Source of the DNA: Octopus vulgaris
Taxonomy: Eukaryota
DNA length: 64,000 bases
Assembly (NCBI GenBank): GCA_951406725.2
Contig: OX597843.1
Span: 12,958,001-13,022,000 of the forward strand
Direction: 5' to 3'
A model generated the notes under the pieces. The model saw only the letters and a list, made by a program, of their open reading frames with translations, did not search any database and was not told the origin of the DNA. Each line of letters opens with the position of its first letter. Position 1 is the stretch's first letter. Made by a program: the position numbers and the translations under genes. Positions 41,701 through 55,968 of the stretch are shown one piece after another.

Positions 41701-44700
41701 ATGTAAGTTCAATCCCATCGCCCGGCACCTTGGGTGAGTGCCTTCTACTACAACCCTGGGTTGACCAATGCCTTGTGAGTGAATTTGGTAGATGGAAACT
41801 GTGTGGAAGCCTGCCATGTTTACAGTGTGGCTGTCTGGTCAAAGACACTTGCTTTGGAGCCACTCGGATGTAAGTTCAATCCCATCGCCCGGCACCTTGG
41901 GTGAGTGCCTTCTACTACAACCCTGGGTTGACCAATGCCTTGTGAGTGAATTTGGTAGATGGAAACTGTGTGGAAGCCTGCCATGTTTACAGTGTGGCTG
42001 TGTGGTCAAAGACACTTGCTTTGGAGCCACTCGGATGTAAGTTCAATCCCATCGCCCGGCACCTTGGGTGAGTGCCTTCTACTACAACCCTGGGTTGACC
42101 AATGCCTTGTGAGTGAATTTGGTAGATGGAAACTGTGTGGAAGCCTGCCATGTTTACAGTGTGGCTGTGTGGTCAAAGACACTTGCTTTGGAGCCACTCG
42201 GATGTAAGTTCAATCCCATCGCCCGGCACCTTGGGTGAGTGCCTTCTACTACAACCCTGGGTTGACCAATGCCTTGTGAGTGAATTTGGTAGATGGAAAC
42301 TGTGTGGAAGCCTGCCATGTTTACAGTGTGGCTGTCTGGTCAAAGACACTTGCTTTGGAGCCACTCGGATGTAAGTTCAATCCCATCGCCCGGCACCTTG
42401 GGTGAGTGCCTTCTACTACAACCCTGGGTTGACCAATGCCTTGTGAGTGAATTTGGTAGATGGAAACTGTGTGGAAGCCTGCCATGTTTACAGTGTGGCT
42501 GTCTGGTCAAAGACACTTGCTTTGGAGCCACTCGGATGTAAGTTCAATCCCATCGCCCGGCACCTTGGGTGAGTGCCTTACTACAACCCTGGGTTGACCA
42601 ATGCCTTGTGAGTGAATTTGGTAGATGGAAACTGTGTGGAAGCCTGCCATGTTTACAGTGTGGCTGTCTGGTCAAAGACACTTGCTTTGGAGCCACTCGG
42701 ATGTAAGTTCAATCCCATCGCCCGGCACCTTGGGTGAGTGCCTTCTACTACAACCCTGGGTTGACCAATGCCTTGTGAGTGAATTTGGTAGATGGAAACT
42801 GTGTGGAAGCCTGCCATGTTTACAGTGTGGCTGTCTGGTCAAAGACACTTGCTTTGGAGCCACTCGGATGTAAGTTCAATCCCATCGCCCGGCACCTTGG
42901 GTGAGTGCCTTCTACTACAACCCTGGGTTGACCAATGCCTTGTGAGTGAATTTGGTAGATGGAAACTGTGTGGAAGCCTGCCATGTTTACAGTGTGGCTG
43001 TCTGGTCAAAGACACTTGCTTTGGAGCCACTCGGATGTAAGTTCAATCCCATCGCCCGGCACCTTGGGTGAGTGCCTTCTACTACAACCCTGGGTTGACC
43101 AATGCCTTGTGAGTGAATTTGGTAGATGGAAACTGTGTGGAAGCCTGCCATGTTTACAGTGTGGCTGTGTGGTCAAAGACACTTGCTTTGGAGCCACTCG
43201 GATGTAAGTTCAATCCCATCGCCCGGCACCTTGGGTGAGTGCCTTCTACTACAACCCTGGGTTGACCAATGCCTTGTGAGTGAATTTGGTAGATGGAAAC
43301 TGTGTGGAAGCCTGCCATGTTTACAGTGTGGCTGTGTGGTCAAAGACACTTGCTTTGGAGCCACTCGGATGTAAGTTCAATCCCATCGCCCGGCACCTTG
43401 GGTGAGTGCCTTCAGCTACAGCCCTGGGTTGACCAATGCCTTGTGAGTGAATTTGGTAGATGGAAACTGTGTGGAAGCCTGCCATGTTTACAGTGTGGCT
43501 GTGTGGTCAAAGACACTTGCTTTGGAGCCACTCGGATGTAAGTTCAATCCCATCGCCCGGCACCTTGGGTGAGTGCCTTCTAGCTACAGCCCTGGGTTGA
43601 CCAATGCCTTGTGAGTGAATTTGGTAGATGGAAACTGTGTGGAAGCCTGCCATGTTTACAGTGTGGCTGTGTGGTCAAAGACACTTGCTTTGGAGCCACT
43701 CGGATGTAAGTTCAATCCCATCGCCCGGCACCTTGGGTGAGTGCCTTCTACTACAACCCTGGGTTGACCAATGCCTTGTGAGTGAATTTGGTAGATGGAA
43801 ACTGTGTGGAAGCCTGCCATGTTTACAGTGTGGCTGTGTGGTCAAAGACACTTGCTTTGGAGCCACTCGGATGTAAGTTCAATCCCATCGCCCGGCACCT
43901 TGGGTGAGTGCCTTCTACTACAACCCTGGGTTGACCAATGCCTTGTGAGTGAATTTGGTAGATGGAAACTGTGTGGAAGCCTGCCATGTTTACAGTGTGG
44001 CTGTGTGGTCAAAGACACTTGCTTTGGAGCCACTCGGATGTAAGTTCAATCCCATCGCCCGGCACCTTGGGTGAGTGCCTTCTACTACAACCCTGGGTTG
44101 ACCAATGCCTTGTGAGTGAATTTGGTAGATGGAAACTGTGTGGAAGCCTGCCATGTTTACAGTGTGGCTGTGTGGTCAAAGACACTTGCTTTGGAGCCAC
44201 TCGGATGTAAGTTCAATCCCATCGCCCGGCACCTTGGGTGAGTGCCTTCTACTACAACCCTGGGTTGACCAATGCCTTGTGAGTGAATTTGGTAGATGGA
44301 AACTGTGTGGAAGCCTGCCATGTTTACAGTGTGGCTGTGTGGTCAAAGACACTTGCTTTGGAGCCACTCGGATGTAAGTTCAATCCCATCGCCCGGCACC
44401 TTGGGTGAGTGCCTTCTACTACAACCCTGGGTTGACCAATGCCTTGTGAGTGAATTTGGTAGATGGAAACTGTGTGGAAGCCTGCCATGTTTACAGTGTG
44501 GCTGTGTGGTCAAAGACACTTGCTTTGGAGCCACTCGGATGTAAGTTCAATCCCATCGCCCGGCACCTTGGGTGAGTGCCTTCTACTACAACCCTGGGTT
44601 GACCAATGCCTTGTGAGTGAATTTGGTAGATGGAAACTGTGTGGAAGCCTGCCATGTTTACAGTGTGGCTGTGTGGTCAAAGACACTTGCTTTGGAGCCA

Positions 44701-46820
44701 CTCGGATGTAAGTTCAATCCCATCGCCCGGCACCTTGGGTGAGTGCCTTCTACTACAACCCTGGGTTGACCAATGCCTTGTGAGTGAATTTGGTAGATGG
44801 AAACTGTGTGGAAGCCTGCCATGTTTACAGTGTGGCTGTGTGGTCAAAGACACTTGCTTTGGAGCCACTCGGATGTAAGTTCAATCCCATCGCCCGGCAC
44901 CTTGGGTGAGTGCCTTCTACTACAACCCTGGGTTGACCAATGCCTTGTGAGTGAATTTGGTAGATGGAAACTGTGTGGAAGCCTGCCATGTTTACAGTGT
45001 GGCTGTGTGGTCAAAGACACTTGCTTTGGAGCCACTCGGATGTAAGTTCAATCCCATCGCCCGGCACCTTGGGTGAGTGCCTTCTACTACAACCCTGGGT
45101 TGACCAATGCCTTGTGAGTGAATTTGGTAGATGGAAACTGTGTGGAAGCCTGCCATGTTTACAGTGTGGCTGTGTGGTCAAAGACACTTGCTTTGGAGCC
45201 ACTCGGATGTAAGTTCAATCCCATCGCCCGGCACCTTGGGTGAGTGCCTTCTACTACAACCCTGGGTTGACCAATGCCTTGTGAGTGAATTTGGTAGATG
45301 GAAACTGTGTGGAAGCCTGCCATGTTTACAGTGTGGCTGTGTGGTCAAAGACACTTGCTTTGGAGCCACTCGGATGTAAGTTCAATCCCATCGCCCGGCA
45401 CCTTGGGTGAGTGCCTTCTACTACAACCCTGGGTTGACCAATGCCTTGTGAGTGAATTTGGTAGATGGAAACTGTGTGGAAGCCTGCCATGTTTACAGTG
45501 TGGCTGTGTGGTCAAAGACACTTGCTTTGGAGCCACTCGGATGTAAGTTCAATCCCATCGCCCGGCACCTTGGGTGAGTGCCTTCTACTACAACCCTGGG
45601 TTGACCAATGCCTTGTGAGTGAATTTGGTAGATGGAAACTGTGTGGAAGCCTGCCATGTTTACAGTGTGGCTGTGTGGTCAAAGACACTTGCTTTGGAGC
45701 CACTCGGATGTAAGTTCAATCCCATCGCCCGGCACCTTGGGTGAGTGCCTTCTACTACAACCCTGGGTTGACCAATGCCTTGTGAGTGAATTTGGTAGAT
45801 GGAAACTGTGTGGAAGCCTGCCATGTTTACAGTGTGGCTGTGTGGTCAAAGACACTTGCTTTGGAGCCACTCGGATGTAAGTTCAATCCCATCGCCCGGC
45901 ACCTTGGGTGAGTGCCTTCTACTACAACCCTGGGTTGACCAATGCCTTGTGAGTGAATTTGGTAGATGGAAACTGTGTGGAAGCCTGCCATGTTTACAGT
46001 GTGGCTGTGTGGTCAAAGACACTTGCTTTGGAGCCACTCGGATGCAAGTTCAATCCCATCGCCCGGCACCTTGGGTGAGTGCCTTCTACTACAACCCTGG
46101 GTTGACCAATGCCTTGTGAGTGAATTTGGTAGATGGAAACTGTGTGGAAGCCTGCCATGTTTACAGTGTGGCTGTGTGGTCAAAGACACTTGCTTTGGAG
46201 CCACTCGGATGCAAGTTCAATCCCATCGCCCGGCACCTTGGGTGAGTGCCTTCTACTACAACCCTGGGTTGACCAATGCCTTGTGAGTGAATTTGGTAGA
46301 TGGAAACTGTGTGGAAGCCTGCCATGTTTACAGTGTGGCTGTGTGGTCAAAGACACTTGCTTTGGAGCCACTCGGATGCAAGTTCAATCCCATCGCCCGG
46401 CACCTTGGGTGAGTGCCTTCAGCTACAGCCCTGGGTTGACCAATGCCTTGTGAGTGAATTTGGTAGATGGAAACTGTGTGGAAGCCTGCCATGTTTACAG
46501 TGTGGCTGTCTGGTCAAAGACACTTGCTTTGCAGCCACTTGGATGTAAGTTCAATCCCATTGCATGGTACCTGGGTGAGTGGCTTCTGCTACAGCCCTGG
46601 GTTGACCAATGCCTTGTGAATGAATTTGGTAGACGGAAACTGTGTGGAAGCCTGCCATGTTACAGTATGGCTGTGTAGTCAAAGAAGCTCGCTTTGCAGC
46701 CACTTGGATGTAAGTTCAATCCCATTGCATGGTACCTGGGCGAGTGGCTTCGGCTACAGCCCTGGGTTGACCTATGCCTTATGAGTGAATTTGGTAGATG
46801 GAAACTGCGTGGAAGCCTGA
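29768..46820 (+). repeat. 167-bp satellite, about 102 near-identical copies, derived from a tRNA-related SINE head
   Basis: The ORF track repeats every 167 nt. The unit has an A-box-like GTGGCTGTSTGGT, a B box GTTCAATCC and the SINE core GCCTTGTGAGTGAATTTGGTAGATGGAAACTG also seen in dispersed copies (e.g. 47060-47442). Confidence 0.97.
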
Positions 46821-47519
46821 TATACATACATACGTTTTTCCTTTCACTCCCTGCCCTCTCCCCCTGTGCGAAGTAAGATGAAGTTAAGTACAGCATAACT
46901 TGGTCCATAGTAAGGCATGTGAAGCCATACAATATAATTTCCAGGAGATGATGTCTCTGCCCCGAGGAATCCCTGTCTATTCCGTGGACCAATGAGAAGA
47001 TCGTTAATAGAACTTCTGAAAAACTCTAAAGATGTCTACACACAAATAAACGTACAAATAGGCGTAGGAATAGCTGTGTGGTGAATAGCTTGCTTACCAA
47101 CTACATGGTTCCGGGTTCAGTCCCACTGCGTGGCACCTTGGGCAAGTGTCTTCTACTATAGCCTCGGGCCGACCAAAGCCATGTGAGTTGATTTGGTAGA
47201 CGGAAACTGAAAGAAGCTTGTCGTATATAGGTATATATATATATATGCGTGTGTGTGTTTGTGTGTCTGTGTTTGTCCCCCCAACATCGGTGTGTTTACG
47301 TCCCCGTAACTTAGCAGTTTTGGCAAAAGAGACCGATAGAATAAGTACTAGGCTTACAAAGAATAAGTCCTGGGGTCGATTTGCTCGACTTAAAGGCAGT
47401 GCTCCAGCATGGCCGCAGTCAAATGACTGAAATAAGTAAAAGATTAATAATAATAATAATAATGATGATGATAATGATGATAATAATAATAATTATAATA
47501 GTAGTAATGATAATTGGTA

Positions 47520-47985
47520 TAAAAGATGGGCTACAGCAAATATTCTGCTCAATACCACAGATTTGCTTGTCAGTTGTTCGACCTTAACCAGTTGAGCATG
47601 TCCCTTAGTGGCTGACGATATGTGCATCTCTGATCACGAGCAGAAATAGTGGGGGAGCATCATAGCCATGTGTTGAGAGGGATTCTTTGGGGTTTGAATA
47701 ATTCACCTCTGGAAACATGGGTGTTTCGTTCAACATCCTTAAACAACCCTTATTCAGGGACCGTTTGAGCGGGATGGGCTACTCAACCTGAAGAAAATTC
47801 TAACTGGGCCCCACCTGCAAGGTCATGCGCTGTTTATCTTGATGTGAGATCACCATGTCGCGCACATATGGTTGTGATGCATGTGCCTAGTGTACCCTTA
47901 TCAGACGGGTAGTCATGATGGGTATACTGGGCTTCGTATATTTTACCCCAGTGTCACTTTGATAGCATGAACTGCTCTCTCACTC

Positions 47986-48023
<38 letters not shown>

Positions 48024-48246
48024 CCAGGCAGTAGCTCTAATGCTCGACCAGAAGAAAATTCTAACTGGGCCCCACCTGCAAGGTCATGTGCTGTTTATCT
48101 TGATATGAGATCACCATGTCGCGCACATATGGTTGTGATGCATGTGCCTAGTGTACCCTTATCAGATGGGCAGTCCGGATGGGTATACTGGGCTTCGTAT
48201 ATTTTACCCCAGTGTCACTTTGATGGCATGAACTGCTCTCTCATTC

Positions 48247-48260
<14 letters not shown>
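47520..48260 (+). mobile_element. (TAA)n-tailed non-LTR repeat with a duplicated 3' end (inverse copy at about 13325-13830)
   Basis: About 470 bp is shared with 13330-13795 in the opposite orientation. It ends CTCTCTCACTCAATAATAAT. Confidence 0.75.
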
Positions 48261-48282
<22 letters not shown>

Positions 48283-48929
48283 GATAATTGAGAAATCCAT
48301 ATTATTAAGTAAGGGAAAGAAATCATCATTGAGGTCACCTTTGCTGTTGTTGTTGATGTTTACTCTTTTGATCAATAAAGTCCCACCCTTTTTGTGTGTT
48401 GTCTTTCGTCCTTTGATGTAGGTCCCAATGCTTTTTTTTGGGGGGGGGGGGTCCAGGGGATTATAAAAGGATCCACCATCGTCATTACTCTTAACACTAC
48501 TACTGCTACCACTACTACCACCACCACAACCACCACCACCACTACCACCACCTCTGCTATCATCTTTGTCTTCATCATCATCATCATTATCATGTTTCTT
48601 CTTCTTCTTATTATTATAATTTATTACTATTATTATTATTATTATTATTATAATTTATTACTATTATTATTATTATTATTATTATAATTTATTACTATTA
48701 TTATTATTATTATTATTATAATTTATTACTATTATTATTATTATTATTATAATTTATTACTATTATTATTATAATTTATTACTATTATTATTATTATTAT
48801 TATTATAATTTATTACTATTATTATTATTATTATTATTATTATAATTTATTACTATTATTATTATTATTATTATAATTTATTACTATTATTATTATTATT
48901 ATTATTATAATTTATTACTACTATTATTA

Positions 48930-48976
<47 letters not shown>

Positions 48977-49168
48977 GTTATTCTTGTTCTGAGTTATGAA
49001 AGAATGTACATAAAAAAAACGCGCGCGTGTGTGTGTATGTGTGTGTGTGTGTGTGCATGTAATTATGTGACTGAGGTGTGTGGAATGTGAAATTTCTATA
49101 CATTATACATAAACATGTCTGTCCGTCTATATATCTATATATGCATATATGTTTACCTGTCTTTCTAA

Positions 49169-49202
<34 letters not shown>

Positions 49203-49237
49203 CTTACATACATACAAACATACGTACACACACACAC

Positions 49238-49314
<77 letters not shown>

Positions 49315-49768
49315 CACACACAGACATATCTACCATATCTGTTTTTTTAACATACATATATACATATATGTACACACTAATGCCATTGTGGATGTGAACA
49401 TTGCATAATAAGGACAGATGATGATGATGATGATGATGATGGTCAAATGCAAATATGGTTATTCAAAAGGAATTCAATTTTCAATAAAAGCGTGGAATTG
49501 GGGTAGATAATCAAATGTCATACATTTTGTTTACTTAGGTATGATGTATATGGCTATGTACATGTACATATATATATATATATCATCATCATCATTGTCT
49601 AACATCCGTTTTCAGTGCTAGCATGGGTTGGACGGTTCAACCAGGGTCTGGGAAGCCAGAAGGCTGCACCAGGCTCCAGTCTGATCTGGCAGTGTTTCTA
49701 CGGCTATATATATATGTTTATATATCTATCTATACATATATATATGTTTATATTTCTATCTATCTATC

Positions 49769-49836
<68 letters not shown>

Positions 49837-49863
49837 CATATATATACATATATATACATCATC

Positions 49864-49940
<77 letters not shown>

Positions 49941-50014
49941 TAAAATATTAGGGAATAAATCCAAACTTACAGGGAAAACTCAGATTTAGGATTGAATCCA
50001 ATTTTGTAGTAAAA

Positions 50015-50690
50015 TATTATATTATATTAAATTAGAGATAAAACCACTATTAGGCAAATCAAACAATGAAAAACTTAAGCCAATACATAAAATTAATTAA
50101 TTTATATTATTTTAAATATATATAAAAATTATAAAAAGTTTAATAAAAGATAATGAGTAAAACACTACGATCGTTTCATGGCTGTCCCATTCGTAATAAT
50201 TCGAGTTATGGTTACAGTCAATCTTCAGGTGATTGAAATATCTAAAATCAGAAATATTTAAACAATATTTTTAAGATATAAATAATATAATAATTTTACT
50301 TATAATAAACTCTATTATCAAACTAAAAACATAGAACTTAACAATTATGATTATATAATTGTTAAGTTCTATGTTTCTAGTTTGATAATAGAGTTTATTA
50401 TAAGTAAAATTATTATATTATTTATATCTTAAAAATATTGTTTAAATATTTCTGATTATGTTTTAGATATTTCAATCACCTGAAGATTGACTGTAACCAT
50501 AACTCGAATTATTATGAATTGGACAGCCATGAAACGATCGTAGTGTTTTACTCATTATCTTTTATTAAACTTTTAATAATTTTGATATATATTTAAAATA
50601 ATATAAATTAATTAATTTTATGTATTGGCTTAAGTTTTTCATTGTTTGATTTACCTAATAGTGGTTTTATCTCTAATTTAATATAATATA
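50015..50690. repeat. Fold-back palindrome with about 330-bp arms, between (TA)n tracts
   Basis: The arms meet at about 50349-50354 and each carries a hammerhead motif. Confidence 0.92.
50477..50545 (+). ncRNA. Hammerhead motif in a palindrome arm (mirror copy at 50163-50231, minus strand)
   Basis: CAC-CUGAAGA-UUGACUGU..ACAGCCAU-GAAA-CGAUCG-UA^GUG. Confidence 0.65.
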
Positions 50691-50750
50691 TATACATATA
50701 TATATATATACATATATATATATACATATATATATATACATATATATATG

Positions 50751-50793
<43 letters not shown>

Positions 50794-50831
50794 TTATACA
50801 TATATACATATATATGTATATATATATATAC

Positions 50832-50862
<31 letters not shown>

Positions 50863-51150
50863 CATATATACATATATATATACATATATACATATATATA
50901 CATATATATACATATATATATATATATACATATATATATACATATTTTATATACATATATATATATATATATACACACATATATATATATACACACATAT
51001 ATATATATACACACATATATATATATATATACATATATACATATATATATATATACATATATGCATATACATATACATATATATACATATATATATATAT
51101 ACATATATATATACACATACGTATATATATATATATATATACACATATAT

Positions 51151-51183
<33 letters not shown>

Positions 51184-51342
51184 TATGTGTGTGCATGGTT
51201 GTTTTATTCTCATAAAATGGGCTCAGCAGTCCATGCTATGTGAGTGCAAATCCAAGGGGTTGTAGAAGTAGAGGTAGTGGTTGTAGTGTTCACAGCAATA
51301 ATAGTAATAGTAGTAGTAGTAGTAGTAGTGGTAGTGGTAGTC

Positions 51343-51381
<39 letters not shown>

Positions 51382-52084
51382 ATTGTTGTTGCTTACCTAT
51401 GTTTGAGCTGTTATCACATAGGGCTCTGCTGATATGTGAACCTGTGAGAAATTTGAAACTGGGGCCAACATTTCCCGCTTTCCCTAAATCTACCTAATTA
51501 GGACGTATGGCCCAAGCCTTACACTTCACATCTAGCCTGGGTTTACATTTCACACCTACCTACGATATGTGTATGTGTGTGTGTGTGTATCATCACCATC
51601 ACCATCATCATCCGCATCATCATCATCATCATCAGCAGCATCAGCATCACCATCATCAATATCATATTCATCATCACCATCATCATCAGCATAGTCATCA
51701 TCACCACCACCACCACCACCACCAATATCATCATCATCATCACCATCGTCATCACCATCATCATCGTCATCACCATCATCATCATAACCATCATCTTCAT
51801 CATTATCATCATCACCATCATTATCATCAGCATCATCATCACCATCATCATCATTATCACCATCATCATCATCATAACCATCATCTTCATCATTATCATC
51901 AGCGTCATCATCATCATCAGCATCCAGCCATAGACACTGGGGCTGAACAAACAGTGGAGCCGAGTGCAGACTCTGGCCTTATCAGCTCTTGTCAAACTGT
52001 CCAACCCATGCCAGCATGGACAATGGACATTAAATAATGATGATATATACACACACACACATATACATCATCTTCATTATCATC

Positions 52085-53290
52085 ATCATCGTTTAATGTC
52101 CATTTTCTATACTGGCATGGGTTGGATGGTTTGACATGATGCTGGCCAGACAAAGAGCTGGCCAGACTCCAATTGTCTGTTATGGCATGGTTTCGATGGC
52201 TGGATGCCCTTCCTAATACCTATTTCTTTATTACCCACAAGGGGCCAAACACAGAGGGGACAAACAAGGACAGACATAGGTATTAAGTCGATTACATCGA
52301 CCCCAGTGCGTAACTGGTACTTAATTTATCGACCCCGAAAGGATGAAAGGCAAAGTTGACCTCGGGGGAATTTGAACTCAGAATGTAATGCAGACGAAAT
52401 ACCGCTAAGCATTTCGCCCGGTGTGCTAACGTTTCTGCCAGCTCGCCCTTCCTAATACCAACCACTGTACAGAGCATGTTGGGCGCTTTTTACGTGCCAC
52501 CAGCGTGGGTGTGCCTATGCAGCACCAGCATGGAAGCATTTCATGTGGTACCAGCACCTGTAGGGGACAAACAAACCTCTATGCATGGATGACAAGAATT
52601 TTACTCACCTTGGCACATATTTTCTAGTACAAGTCGTCATGTCTCCTGGTCCCTTGACATTTCTTCAGTGAGGGCCAGCATCTGAAGATCCTTTCTCATC
52701 ACTTTGTCCCATGTCTTCCTGGGCCGATCCCTTCCACAGGTCACCCCCACAATTAAAACTTGGCACTTCTTTATACAGCTGTCCTCATCCATACACATCA
52801 CATGTCCAAACCAGCACCATCTTCTCTCTTCCACACAACATCTGATGCCTCTTATACCCAGGTTTCCTCTTAAATCATTCACATCCTGTCCTGAGTGTGC
52901 ACTGACGTTACCCATCTACCAGAGCGTGCTAGCTTCATTCCTTTTAAGCTTTTGCAAGTCCTCTGTAGCCAAAGCTCATGTTTCACTGCCATGTAACATA
53001 CCTGTCCATACACAGGTATCATTGAACATACCTTTCGTTCTGAGGGAGAGGCCCTTAGTTACCAACAAAAGTAGAAGCTCTCTGAGCTTTACCCAGCCTA
53101 TACTTATTCTAGCAGCTATGCTCTCAGAACTTCCTCCACCATTGCGAAATTGGTTACCTAGGTAACAGAAGCTATCTACACCTAACGATACCCCTGAGCA
53201 TTTGAGGGAGTCTGTTGTCTGTGCATTTTTAGTGCTTATTGTACCTGCAGATTTTCCATAAGACTATATTCACCACAATACCTCTTATGC
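52085..53290 (-). mobile_element. RTE-like LINE 3' fragment with (GAT)n tail, interrupted by a SINE (about 52220-52446)
   Basis: ORF 52637-52915 has RRWCWFGHV..GRDRPRKTW, typical of RTE-clade C-termini. GCCCTTCCTAATACC is duplicated around the nested SINE. Confidence 0.75.
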
Positions 53291-53902
53291 ATCCAAACCA
53301 TATATATATATATATATATATATTCTGAGACCCCCTTCAGTCATGACACAGACCGTGGGATAGCACCTAGAAAGCTACTCTCTCAGGCACAAGTCCGGGC
53401 AAGGTTGTTTATGGAAGACTAACAGTCGCCCATGCATACCGGCCTCCCCTCTCCATACCACTGATGTTATCCAAGGGAAAGGCAAAGGGGCCAATACAGC
53501 TTGGCACCTGTGACGTTGCAACTCATTTCTACAACTGAGTGAACTGGAGCAACGTGAAATAAAGTGTCTTGCTCAAGAACACAACAAGCAGCCAGGTCTG
53601 GGATTCAAACTCACAACCTCACGATCGTAAGCTCGACGCTCTAACCACTGAGCCATGCACCTTCACATCATTAACTGGTTGTTATATCATTATTGTTATT
53701 TCTGTTCAGAAAAGTTTTGAACATTTTGATAAACCGTTTTTCTTTTCATTTTCTTCCATCTTCACTGGTGTCATGTAGTTTGTGGAAAGGAAAAATTAGA
53801 AACATTTTCTGACCACATATTTTTATATGTTGGCTTAATGGAATCTGGTGAATATTAGTGTTCTGGATTTGTTGTCTGTTTCTAATTTTTCTACAAACAC
53901 TT

Positions 53903-53936
<34 letters not shown>

Positions 53937-55231
53937 GCAAAAAGATACACACACATGCGCACATATACATGCACACACACACACACCCATGCAAACACAC
54001 ACACACACATATGCCCACATAGACACACACAAACACACATACAGAAACACACACACATGAACACACACGCATGCCCACAAAAACACACATACATACACAA
54101 ACATGCACACACACACAGAAGCACACATGCACACACACACACACAACTTTTATCTCCTATCTTTTACTTGTTATAGTCTTCTGACTGTGGCCAAGCTGGG
54201 GCACTACCTTGAGGAATTTTAGTCAAGTGAATCAACCCCAGTATTTTACTGTTTTAAACCTTAGTGCTTATTCTATTGGTCTCTTTTGGTGAACAGCAGT
54301 CTTTTGGGGGATGTAAACACACCAACACCGGTTATCAAGTAGTGGTGGTGGACAAACATAAGCATAAAGACACATACACACACATGTGTATACAAAGGGC
54401 TTCTTTCAGTTTCCGTCGACCAAATCCATACAGAAAGCTTTGGGTAACCCAAGGCTATAGTAGACAACACTTACCCAAGATGCCATGCTGTAGGCCTGAA
54501 CCCAGAACCATGTGGTTGCGAAACAAACCTCTTAACACACAACCATACCTGTACCTAAAGCTATCCCGTCTCTGAAGTAACATTGAGAATAAGAAACCTT
54601 ATTTACATAACAAACCCTGACAATAAAAGAGAGTATTTAGGGAAGTTCAGGTAACACATAAAAAACCCCAGACAAATACACACATGGGGAGAGAGACAAG
54701 ACACATTCGGTCAGAACTATACAAAAGAAACAAGGGCGAGGTCCTATGCGTTAACCTTATCTTTGTTATATAACTTGAAGAAATGGTGTGACCTAATATT
54801 AATAAAAGAGCTAACGAGCACAAAGGAAAATAAATACTTTTTTATTTACATATGGGCGGTGAAGATCAATAAATCTATCTATCTATCTATCTAATCTCTC
54901 CATCAATCCATCTATCTGTCCTTCTGCCTGTCTGTCTGTTTCTCTCTCTCTCTCTTTATCTATCTCTTCTGTCTGTCTCTCTCTCTCTATCTATGTACCT
55001 ATCTCTCCATCCACCCATTTGTCTGTCTCTCTCTCTCTCTCTATCTATCTATCTCTCCATCCATCTGTCTGTCTGTCTCTCTGTCTATCTGTCTATCTAT
55101 CTATCTATCTATCTAATCTCTCCATCCATCCATCCATCCATCTATCTGTCTGTTTGTATGTCTGTCTCTGTCTCTCTCTATCTACCTATCTCTCCATCCA
55201 TCCATCTATCTGTCCTTCTGTCTGTCTGTCC

Positions 55232-55280
<49 letters not shown>

Positions 55281-55309
55281 CATCCATCCATCTGTCTGAC
55301 TATCTATCT

Positions 55310-55832
55310 ATAGACGTGTCTGAAAGGATTGGAGACAAACACTTTCCTCTCTGGTAAATCTCTCATCAACTTTTCCAAGTATCACTTGAAAAGGAAGGTG
55401 AGAGTAGAGAGGTAAATTTTTTCTCGCGAATGTTGCAAAAAAAGATGGGTGAGTGTAGCAAGGATGGCACGTATGAATAACGAAGCCACCTTGAACATGA
55501 TCCTATGATCCGGAAAAAAAACCCCCAAAAATTTAAAACAGAGAATTACTTACTTGTAAATAAATGTGGTAATATGTGACATCATTGCCCGAGGTTACTG
55601 TGGTCATTTTCGTAGGCTTTTCTTTCCACAGATAAACCTTTCCATTTCTTGGGAACTTTTTGTACTATTTCAACTTTCTTTGTGTATCTCCCAAACGATT
55701 TCGATCCCATTTGATCGTTGTCCGTAATTTAGATCTTTTTTATTTATTTGTTTTCGCACCCCTTGAAAAGAAAAACTCTACATTGCATTTGTCTCCTCTA
55801 TGTTCAGCCCTGTGTGGCCAATAAAGAAAGTT
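55310..55832 (+). mobile_element. L1/Tx1-like LINE 3' end embedded in (TCTA)n
   Basis: Decayed frame HLKRKVRVER..KKRWVSVARMARMNNEATL, then a T-rich UTR and GCCAATAAAGAAA. Confidence 0.55.
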
Positions 55833-55936
55833 ACCTATCTATCTGTCTGTCTCTATATATATCTGCAGTAGATCTGTCTATCAACCCATCTATCTATCTA
55901 TCTATCTATCTATCCATCCATCCGGCAGGCTGGCCA

Positions 55937-55968
<32 letters not shown>

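Noticed and set aside
29789-46548. About 200 repeated 82-aa and 63-aa ORFs as a tandem gene array
   Set aside because: The period (167) is not a multiple of 3, the ORFs overlap each other, and the sequence is a SINE head with no domain signal.
29768-46820. CRISPR array, tRNA gene array, or hammerhead-containing satellite
   Set aside because: There are no unique spacers and no convincing cloverleaf. I find no CUGANGA core on either strand of the unit. Other ribozyme classes were not excluded by eye.
51507-52037. His-rich ORF as a beak-type histidine-rich protein near chitin-binding genes (similar ORFs at 5351-6100 and 29163-29813)
   Set aside because: It is (CAT/CAC)n microsatellite open in several frames, with no signal peptide, no Gly-rich motifs and no splice support.
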